Source: Eledone cirrhosa
Taxonomy: Eukaryota
Assembly (NCBI GenBank): GCA_964016885.1
Contig: OZ024744.1
Coordinates: forward strand, 42,532,001-42,596,000
Length of the DNA stretch: 64,000 nt
Direction: 5' to 3'
Position 1 is the first letter of the stretch; every line of letters begins with the position of its first letter. The translations under genes were made by a program, and so were the position numbers. Below the pieces are notes generated by a model, which was given only the letters and a program-made list of their open reading frames with translations, made no database searches and was not told the origin of the DNA. This document shows positions 43,821 through 53,311 of the stretch, piece by piece.

Positions 43821-45611
43821 TATTTCTTCTAGGGCATCAAAAGTGGGACAAGTACAAAGGGGAGAGTTTACACAAAAAGGCGTCCTCAATAAGGAGGAGG
43901 CAATAACAAAATATAAAAATAAAATAAGATATAACAAAAAATAAAATTTTTAACAAAATCCTCAATAGAGAGGAGGCGCCTTGGGGGGTCGCACACACCC
44001 CCGAAAAAAGTGTGCAACCCTTCTCCTCAGGAGCACAGAGAAGGGGTGCTCCCTTGGTCTTTCATCTTCCTCACCTATAGTCTGATGTAGAGTGAAGGCC
44101 CATTCACACGGGCCATTCTCGCCACTTTCACCCATCTTTCATAGAAACGGCTGGGGTGCAGCACCTCTCTCTCCATCCTGATCCTTCTTCCGAAATGATA
44201 TCGGAAGAAACGGACCAGTTGTTGGCCAGAGAGAAAGGTGCCCGACCTCAGTCCTTTCAGACGCGTCCACCATACAACCTCTTTCGCCATGGCTATTACG
44301 CACAGAAACACCGCCTCTGCTTCATCTTTGAAGGGGGGAGGCGGCTTGATCATTACAATAGACTCGGTGGTCAACCGGATCGGTCCCACCCTTGACAGCA
44401 GTTGTTCGACATAACCCCACAGATCGGCTACGCCCGAGCAGTGTACTAATGCGTGTGCAACGGTTTCCTCGTCGCACACGCATCTGGGACAGATCTTTTT
44501 GGCGGGGTCCCTACCCGGGCGCCCGTGTCTGTAGAGCCTTTCTCGAACGGGTAAAGCCCCTCGGTAGCACTGCCAGGCCAGGGACTTCTGGAAGTTGTCC
44601 ATAGGTCCCGGGCTGAATGTCCTACCGAACAGGCTGGCCAGTTCGTCCTCCTCCATGTCTAGGGCTTCTCCGAGGGCGTCGTGGCACCTGCTGCGTACCA
44701 GCCCTCTATAGAATGTTGCGGTGGAGTCTCCACTGATAACCGGATCCGCCTGCCAGAGGGCGGTGAGCGCCTGGGCACACTCAGTGTGCCAGGCGCCCAG
44801 TTTTCTCGGCCTTTGCTTGACCCAGGATTGCAGCTCGGTGAGTGAGACGAGTCTGGGAAAGGTTCGTCTCACAAACGGAGCCCACACCGGTTGTCCGGTG
44901 AGGAATACGTAGAGGTGCCGTAGCCTTAATGCGTGTTTACGCATCATTAGCCACGGCATCCCCAGCCCTCCTTTCGAAGGGTGTTGACAGCAGATGGATC
45001 TCCTCACCATAGGAGCCCGCCTCTTCCAAAGGAATTGGAAGAGCGCGCGCTCCATCTTGGTGAGGGTTTCCCTTGGGCAGGGCACTACGGTCAGGCGGTA
45101 GTAGATGACGGACGCTATGTAGGTGTTCGCCACCTCCGCCCGACCTTTCAGGGATAGTTTGCAACTGGCCCACTTCTGGGTCAGTGCAAACACCCTGTTC
45201 GTAACCTCCGCCCAGTTTTTCTCCACCTGGAGGTCCGGTCCGAACCAGACCCCGAGCAACTTCACCGGGCCCTCCGTCCAGCGTCCGACGACGCTATCGG
45301 AGGGCATCGGTCTGCCCCTCCACGTGCCGAGTTGCAAACCGATCGACTTGTCCCGGTTCAGCTTAGCCCCTGTGAACTTTTCGTACTCCTCCAGTAAGGT
45401 GCCGACCGCCTCGATTTCGGAGGCCGTCGACACCATTACTGTCACGTCATCGGCGTAGGCCGACACCGCTTTCCGCAATCCCGGTTCCAAAGGGATGCCC
45501 TGCAAGAACTCCAACTTCCGCAGTAGTGGCTCGAGAGTCAACACATACAGAAGGGAGGAGAGAGGGCACCCTTGTCGGATGGACCGCGCGATTTTGAACG
45601 GCTCCGAGAGG

Positions 45612-45614
<3 letters not shown>
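43821..45614 (-). mobile_element. Tx1-like 5'-truncated copy (E1), ~1.8 kb, with an uninterrupted ORF2 C-terminal half (stop at 44075)
   Basis: RQGCPLS, YADDV and CPRC..HALVHC lie in one open frame; the 5' junction runs straight into (GATA)n. Confidence 0.95.
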
Positions 45615-45654
<40 letters not shown>

Positions 45655-45810
45655 ACTGACAGACTGTCAGACAGGCAGGTAGGTAGATAGGTAGGTGGGA
45701 AGTGGGTTTGGAGTGGGTGGATGAATGAATAGACACAGATCTAGACAGACAGACAATGAGACAGACTGACTTAGAAATAGATATACTGAGTGACAGACAG
45801 GTACAAAGGT
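45612..45810. repeat. (GATA)n grading into degenerate GACA/GGTA tetranucleotide repeat
   Basis: Directly visible. Confidence 0.9.
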
Positions 45811-46505
45811 AAACTAAATAGATTATATGACTGATATATTGACTACTAGTACAATATGCACCTAACAAATTATCTGATTCCATCTAGTTCCATAAATGCA
45901 ATATTTCTTTTACCAAAATAGATATCTAGTTGACTACATTTTTTTTCTTTTTCTCTCTAGCTACCTGGCATATATCGACAATGGTATAGTTAATTCAGAT
46001 TCTAAAGATTTTCAAATATCTTACATATTTTGATGATATAATCAATAAAATGCAACTAAAATATTTTTACCATTTTTTTTTTAGGCATTTTTGAAAGTTT
46101 TTTTCTCAAATGTTTTCTGTTGTCTATCTTATTCTCTTCCTAAATAAAGAAATATATCTTATTCTCTTCCTAAATTTTGTTCTGTCGTTTTTGTTCTTTT
46201 TTTATTTATTTTGCTGTTTTTTTTTTGTCTTTTTTTCTCTTTTTTCTCATCCTTCTTTTTTCTTCCTTTCCATCCCTTGAATGTTAGACTGTGTGTATCT
46301 TGGTTCACAATAGTTACATCATATGCATGTGTGTTGTAAAGAGGCAACTAAGAGGGCTGGCACTAGGAAGGGCATTTGACTGTAAAACACTGCCTCAAAA
46401 AGGCTCCTGCAAGGCTAAGCTGTGTTTTTATTGGGAGGAGGAAAAATGGCCTTAATAGATTGTTGTAGTTGTTTATTATTGTTTCCACCCCTACATTATA
46501 ATATA

Positions 46506-46703
46506 TGAAGGTCGGGTGAAAAGTTGATAGGCTGACCAAGATACTCTCATAGAATGACCCAATGAGGTTCATTTATCAACATAGTCCCTGGAAAGAAACA
46601 ATGCAGATATTAATAAGAATAGTTGAAACTAATACATGCAAGATTTCGCAGTTCTAGCATCACTCCTTCATAGTCAGCCTATGAACTTTTCAGCCCACCC
46701 TCA
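46506..46703. mobile_element. Tc1/mariner-type MITE, 198 bp, TA-flanked
   Basis: Left TIR TGAAGGTCGGGTGAAAAGTTGATAGGCTGAC vs right TIR (reverse complement) TGAGGGTGGGCTGAAAAGTTCATAGGCTGAC, 4 mismatches in 31; TA on both sides. Confidence 0.85.
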
Positions 46704-47364
46704 TATTTCCAAAAAAGGTAACAAATTGACAATATCTCTTTCTATAAGGTTTAGTGTACTATGTAAAGGTCTTCTTCGTTGATTCATTTGTACATATATT
46801 CAAGTATAAGACACTAAGATGTGATTTTAAAGAGATTTGGTTATTATTTCTACAATTTCTAGCTATCACATGAAGTATAGATATCCCTCATTGGTTCAAA
46901 CTTACAAGACAGTAGGGTGTAATTTGAGGGAGATTTGGCTTCCATTTCTACCAGATTGAACAGCAATATATATGATAGCTCTTATAGTCAGCAATAAGAA
47001 TTACATCTATATATACAATATAATTAATTGATCCAACAATATGGAAATATTCAAAATTTATTAAAAAGATAATTAAATTTAAGTAATTGACTCATTAGCC
47101 TGATAAAAACAGACAGATAAACTAATGATGGAATAAATATATGTTTACTATGATGAGGGAGATGGCCAACCCTTCGAATTAGACCAAAACAATTATGCTT
47201 CCATTATGTTTTCCATTATTAATATTCTCTAATAAACAAGTGTCACTGTTGTTCTTTCTAGTGGCGGGAGGTGGGATTCTATCTTAGAAAGCACCGGGGT
47301 GGGGTTAGATGCCACAATGCACCTCATCCAACTCTTTAACAATTCCACCAATACACTGTACCTG

Positions 47365-47480
47365 AACTGGTAATTTATTTATAAACCCTGAAAGAATAAA
47401 AGACAAGATTGACCTTGGCAGGATTTGGACTCAGAGCACAAAGAATTGGACTAAATAGCACTAAGTATTCTTTCTAATGC
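47365..47480 (-). mobile_element. tRNA-derived SINE fragment (GGTACTTTATTTTATC...GACCTTGGCAGGATTTGAACTCAG family)
   Basis: B-box-like GAGTYCAAATCC on the minus strand; related copies at 48010-48140, 48750-48880, 50880-51020, 62555-62760 and 62790-62990. Confidence 0.7.
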
Positions 47481-47571
47481 CTAATTCATTCAAGAGCAAT
47501 AAATTAAGGTACCAATTGAGTACTTTGAGTCAATATAATTACCCAGATGTTTTCAATCCACTGCTGGAGGT

Positions 47572-47850
47572 TCACGGCCTAATGGTAAAGGTGTTGGACT
47601 AACAATTATAATGCTGTGGGCTCAATTCCTGGACTGGGTTGTGTGCTGTGTTCATGAGCAAAACAATTCATTTCATGTTGCTCCAGTATACTCAGCTGAA
47701 ATGAGTACCATCAATAGCTGAGAGTTTAACCTTGTGATGGACTGCCATCATGTCCAGAGGGAAGTATTGTACTCTCAGTCATTTCACGTCACAAAAACTA
47801 GGATAAGTACCAGCCTGATCATCCTCCAAGCTCGAGACAGACTTTGTACT
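47572..47850 (+). mobile_element. Diverged tRNA-headed SINE
   Basis: A-box-like CGGCCTAATGG and B-box-like GGCTCAATTCC, then TGAGCAAAAC..TTGCTCCAGT..ACTCAGCTG shared with the 51040 and 52891 copies. Confidence 0.7.
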
Positions 47851-48459
47851 ATTTTTTAAACAGGATGAAACTTCTACAACTAGGTTAGTTTTAGATCTTG
47901 TCAAATGTATTTTGAACAAGGTAGAGAATTGGAATTCCTACTGCAAGGAGTTAAAACCAATACTGCAAAGTATTTTGTCTGATCTTAAAAATTCTAAAAT
48001 TTCACTACCCTGGACTGATACATTATTTTATTGATTTCTCAAAGGAAGAAATGTAAAGTTGACTTTGGTAGAATTTGAACACAGAGCCACACAGAGGGAG
48101 TAAGACCAAAGACTACAATGTATTCTTTCCAACACCCTCAATGATTCTGCGATTCATTTCTCAATGGAATTTAGTTTTTGCTCAATTAGCAGTAACATGT
48201 ATAAACGATTCATGTAAATTCCACATTGCTGGTATCTATCATTACACCTTCGTGGTTTAATGACATCTTCATTTGTATTCATGTATGACAGTCTTCTTTA
48301 TCGACTGCTGAAACATTCAAGACAACAAATGAGATTATTTCAAGTTAAACTGCTTTGTTTTCTATATCAGTGGCTCTCAAATGTATTTTATCATGGAACC
48401 CCTATAAAACATTTTTTCTAAAAACCACAGAACTCATACCTATATTTTACAGACATTCC

Positions 48460-48600
48460 CCACCACCACCAACACTACCATCATCACCATCATCACCATC
48501 ATCGTCATTGGATCATCATCATCATCATCATCATCATCACCATCCTCCTCATCATCATCATCATCATCATCATCATCTTTATCATACTGCAGTCACATCC
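48460..48600. repeat. (CAT)n/(CAC)n microsatellite
   Basis: Directly visible. Confidence 0.9.
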
Positions 48601-48749
48601 TCCTCCACCCATAGTAGTTTGCATAGTTAGTTGTGGTCCCATGGTCAGGGGATTAGCTCAGATTGTTAACAGAATTTGAATCCCTGGGCAGAATTTGCAC
48701 TCAGATACTCCAACAATTCCACCAATCCATTACCCTGTTCTAGCCTGGC

Positions 48750-48880
48750 CTGGTACTTTATTTTATCAATCCTAAATGGTTGAAAAGCAAAGTTGATCTC
48801 AATAGGATTTAAACTCAGAGAACAGTGAGACAGAAGAGATACCATAAGACATTCTATCTAATGCTCTAATGATTCTACCA
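48750..48880 (-). mobile_element. tRNA-derived SINE fragment
   Basis: TGGTACTTTATTTTATCAATCC...AAAGCAAAGTTGATCTCAATAGGATTTAAACTCAG. Confidence 0.65.
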
Positions 48881-49374
48881 ATTAATTTGTCATCTAATTT
48901 TAATAAGAGATTAAATGAAACAAAAATTGTTTTCATGAGGAAATTTATTTATCGATAAAATAAAATAAAATAAGATAAAAGCAGTCATACAATAATACAT
49001 TTTTATCAAATTTTATTTTAAAAACTCTTTATTTTGCAGATGCTGACAAATCTGTTTTGTCGAAAATCTTTGGGAAAACTGATGATAGTAATAATAATGA
49101 AATAGTAATAATTATTGTGTACAGTGCTCAGGTGCACTACAACTCATCAAAGGTGCATGCATAGTACATAGAATAATATAAAAAAGTTAAGAAAATCAAC
49201 AGTGTATGAGTCATGATATACATGATATACTAGAAGAATTCCAGAACTTTCATTTTATTTGTCAACATTTTTTTTTTCTTTTATTTCTTTGGGTGTTGGG
49301 TTAATAATCGCAATGTTATAGGTTCAATTCATGGAAAAGGGGACAAACTGTCTTCTTCAGTAAGACACTTCACC

Positions 49375-50580
49375 AGACCACCACCACTACCACCACCACA
49401 ATGGCAACAGCAGCAATAACAACATGAACATTGGCACCACCACTACCAACAACAACGCCACTACTAACACCACCACCACCACAACAACAACAACAACAAC
49501 AGCAACAACAATAACATCAACAATAACAAAAATATAATGCTCAGTGCCACATTCATTTCTGCCATAACTTGTAGCAGATCTAATGAATCTGTAGGATGTT
49601 GTTTTGTTGTTGGTATGTCTTCTCTGCTGTGGATGGTATTGATAGCTGTACTATTGTCTTCATTATGGTGCCATTGTCTTCTCCAAGACCAGATCCCATT
49701 ATGTTTACCACTTATTTGCAATGTTTTTTGTTGTTGTTGTTGTTGTTTCTTCATTTTCCTCCCTGCAATGACATCAATTCTTGTATAACAGTTACCACCA
49801 CTACCACCACCACCACCATCACAACCATCAAAATTATCACTGCCAACACCATCACCATCACAACAACCACCACTACCAACAATACCAAAATTACCACCCC
49901 ACCACTATCACAATTATCACTGCCAAACCATTACCACCTCACTATTACGACCACCATTATTTCCTCCACAGCCTCCAACATTATCACCACCACTACCACT
50001 ACCTCTAACTCCACCACCATTACACCTCACCCCCATCACTACCACCATTACCACCATATGACCACTGCTTCCATCATTTCCACCACTGTCACCACCTCCA
50101 TCATTATCACCACCACTACCACTAACACCACCATCACTACCAGCACTGCTTCCATCATTACCACCACCATCACCACCACCACCCCCATCATTATCACCAC
50201 CCCTACCACTAACACCACCACCACCACCACCATCTCCATCATTATCACCACCCCTACCACTAACACCACCACCACCTCCATCATTATCACCACTACTATT
50301 ACTACTACTAACAACACCATCACTACCACCCCTACCATTACCACCATCCCCACCACCACCACCACCAACAACAACAATAGCAACATCAACAACAACAACA
50401 ATAGCAACAACAACAACAACAACACTGCCATTACAACCAACAACAGGTTAAGGTGAATAGACACTAAACATGGTTTGTGCTTTAACAAAAGGACTCAATT
50501 AACAGAGAATGGTAAAAACCTAATAGAAATATTGGTTGGATGTTCTTCAACAACAGAAACAACAACAACTACTACTACTG

Positions 50581-50617
<37 letters not shown>

Positions 50618-50636
50618 ACAAACAACAACAGCAACA
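49375..50636. repeat. Cluster of degenerate trinucleotide tracts (ACC/ATC/AAC/ACT)n: 49375-49530, 49790-50445, 50545-50636
   Basis: Triplet-phased low-complexity sequence that produces the Thr/Ile/His/Val-rich spurious ORFs. Confidence 0.9.
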
Positions 50637-50879
50637 CGACTCACTCTAATGTTACTTCTAATGTTACATGACACAGTTGAGAAGTTTACCCTATAACCTT
50701 TTAATACACACTGTGTTCTACCATAAATATTTATTATTTAATAACATTGCCAAACATATGCATGCTATGCAGATTAGACAGACCATTTCAAGTATTTTCT
50801 GTATTCTGTGTGAAGTGTATAGTGTTGCTATATGCCTTCTCAATATGCCTTCTCGGTGGAGGGTCAGACTCTATGCTTT

Positions 50880-51020
50880 GCAGCATAGAGTTACAGTCCT
50901 TTAAGGTCTGAGTTCAAATCCTGCCGAGGTTAACTTTGCCTTTCATCCTTATGGGGTTGATAAAATAAAGTACCTGTAATGCACTGGGATAATTGCTGGC
51001 CTTGTGCCAAAAGTAGAAAA
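50880..51020 (+). mobile_element. tRNA-derived SINE fragment
   Basis: CTGAGTTCAAATCCTGCCGAGGTTAACTTTGCCTTTCATCCTTATGGGGTTGATAAAATAAAGTACC. Confidence 0.75.
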
Positions 51021-51039
51021 ATTATTTTATACATGTATA

Positions 51040-51356
51040 TCATCATCATCATCATCATTTTACGTCTGCTTTTCCCTGATTGGGAACTGATTCTGGCTTG
51101 ATTTCTACAGCTGGATGCCCTTCCTAACACCAACCTCATTTACAGTGAGTGCTGGGTGCTTTTTTGCTGTGGCACCTCCACGACCACTTTGCAGTGGAAT
51201 GATAGGGACCCCAGTCCCTATCATCTCATTTCTACAGCTGAGTAAACTGGAGCAATGTCAAAATAAAGTGTCTTGCTCAAGGAAACAACACATCATCCGG
51301 TCTGAGATTTGAACTCACAACCTTTCGATTGCAAGGCTCTAACCACTAAGCCATGT
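51040..51356 (-). mobile_element. Full composite SINE: tRNA head, central domain and RTE-type tail ending in (GAT)n
   Basis: A box TGGCTTAGTGG, B box GAGTTCAAATC, CCTTGAGCAAGACACTT, tail GAAAAGCAGACGTAAAATGATGATG; second copy at 52891-53224. Confidence 0.85.
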
Positions 51357-51364
51357 ATATATAT

Positions 51365-51725
51365 ATCATCATCATCATCACCATTTAACGTCTATTTTTC
51401 CATGCTGGGATGGGTTAGACGAGTTATCCTGCTCTGAACAATTCTAGGTCAGGTGACCATGTCTTGCTTGTACAGAACTGATTTTGGTTTGATTTCTACA
51501 GCTGAATGCTCTTCCTAGCCCACCAACCACATTTACAGTGAGTGGTGGGTGCTTTTTGTCATGACGCCTACATGACCACTCTACAGTGTGGAGTGGGTGT
51601 TTTTTGCCGTGACACTTACATGACCACTTTACAGTGTGAACTGGGTATTTTTTCCAGTCACACCTACACGACCACTTTACAGTGTGGGCTGGGCACTTTT
51701 TTTCTGTGTCGCCATCATGACCATT
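51365..51725 (-). mobile_element. SINE/RTE 3' module with ~5 tandem ~40-bp units
   Basis: Repeated ACCACTYTACAGTGTG units plus the CATGGAAAAATAGACGTTAAATG tail. Confidence 0.75.
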
Positions 51726-51774
51726 ATATATATATATATAATAGCCGGAGGAGCGTTCTTTAGTTTGATAGATA

Positions 51775-51905
51775 TTGTAACTATAACAATACAGAAAAGA
51801 AGTGGTGATAGTATATCTCCCTGCTTAATTCAATTCAAGATGTCTATACACAGTGTAGCTCCCAGATCTGTTTTTATATTTGCTGTTGAGTTGGTGTAAT
51901 TTTCT
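51775..51905 (-). pseudogene. Old non-LTR reverse transcriptase fragment
   Basis: My translation NYTNSTANIKTDLGATLCIDILN*IKQGDILSPLLF contains the QGxxLSPLLF RT motif. Confidence 0.6.
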
Positions 51906-52115
51906 TTAGTAGGTTGATGTATTTCTTGTTAATTGGGGTTTCGTTTCAGAGAAGCAAAGGCTGACAGCCAAAATGCTGACTTAATAATGTCAACTTATGA
52001 ACTGGACTTGACCTTTGCTCTTTAAACTCTGCTGATGGTGATCAAACTTTGTAGAGAAGAATATCTCATATTGATGCACAGTCTGCAATATGTGGAGTGA
52101 GCTTCTAGGAGGATA

Positions 52116-52147
<32 letters not shown>

Positions 52148-52232
52148 AATAAACAAAGAAAATGTGGTAAGAAACCAGGTGGACCATAACGCACCAGAGT
52201 ACTCAATACTTAGGGTAGTAGAGTGGGTAATG

Positions 52233-52351
52233 GGGAAAGAGTCAGGACCCCGACGGCTGAGCTCCAGCCATTTCGACAACTAAATTCGAACAGTTCGGAT
52301 CTAGCTGTCAAAACGGCCGGAGCTCAGCCATCGGGGTCCTGAATCTTTCCC
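52233..52351. repeat. 119-bp near-perfect palindrome (59-bp arms, 1-nt spacer), possible foldback MITE
   Basis: The arms differ at 8 of 59 positions; TAA lies 2 nt outside each end (52228-52230 and 52354-52356). Confidence 0.9.
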
Positions 52352-52890
52352 TATAATAATAATATTATATATACATAATATCCAAGGGTTTAGAGCATTC
52401 TGTCCATAGGGTGAGTTATGGATAATCAGTTCACAACAGTGGCATTATGCAGATACTCAAATTCATTGGGCTCAATACAACTCATTCAGTCTGCAATATT
52501 GTAATGGAGCTACTCACTATTGTAATGGAGCTACTATCTCTGGGGCAATTCATAGTTTATTGAAGAGTTCTAAATCTATGGGTAAAGAGCTCTTAAAAAA
52601 TCTCAATTGATGAATGAATTTACGGTTAAAAATCAATATATATGTAAGGGAGAGAAAAAGGGGGGGACACTTGGCACATAACATAGGATTGAATCAAATT
52701 TTGATCTGGTCTAGACCATCGCTACTGAAAAAAATTTAGCTTTGTATGGACAATTAAAGAAATCCAGCACTATTTAAGCAGTTCATATTAGAAGACAGTC
52801 GTGTAAGTATATTCCACTTCTCAGCAGTACATAAATGAGAAGTTTTCACTCCATTAATGTAGGGTGTGAATTTTATCTTATATATATATA

Positions 52891-53224
52891 TCATCATTTC
52901 ATTATCATTTTACATCCGCTTTTCCCTGCTTGCAAGGGTGGAACAGGAACTGATTCTGGTTTGATTTCTACAGCTGGATGCCCTTCCTAACACCAACCTC
53001 ATTTACAGTGAGTACTGGGTGCTTTTTTGCCATGGCACATCCATGACCACTTTGCAGTGGAATGATAGAGACCCCAGTCCCTATCATCTCATTTCTACAG
53101 CTGGGTAAACTGGAGCAATGTGAAATAAAGTGTCTTGCTCAAGGAAACAACACATCACCCAGTCTGAGAACTGATCTCACAACCTTTCGATTGCAAGGCC
53201 AATGCTCTAACCACTAAGCCATGT
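52891..53224 (-). mobile_element. Second copy of the composite tRNA/RTE-tail SINE
   Basis: Colinear with and highly similar to 51040-51356. Confidence 0.85.
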
Positions 53225-53245
53225 GCCTCCATTTATATATATATT

Positions 53246-53276
<31 letters not shown>

Positions 53277-53311
<35 letters not shown>

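Noticed and set aside
28050-45458. Plus-strand ORFs recurring in the LINE stack (e.g. MFATSARPF..., 111 aa, three times)
   Set aside because: They are antisense shadows of the conserved RT coding frame and recur only because the elements are homologous.
44075-45883. 602-aa ORF as a domesticated or fusion gene
   Set aside because: The N-terminal ~90 aa is read-through of flank and (TATC)n (IYLSIYLS). The rest is a truncated ORF2 lacking APE and the first RT motifs, so the open frame is most simply due to recent insertion.
49464-50488. Thr/Ile-rich 286-aa, Val-rich 146-aa and Gln-rich 96-aa ORFs as mucin-like or membrane proteins
   Set aside because: They are translations of degenerate triplet microsatellite that is open in several frames on both strands, with no recognisable domain.
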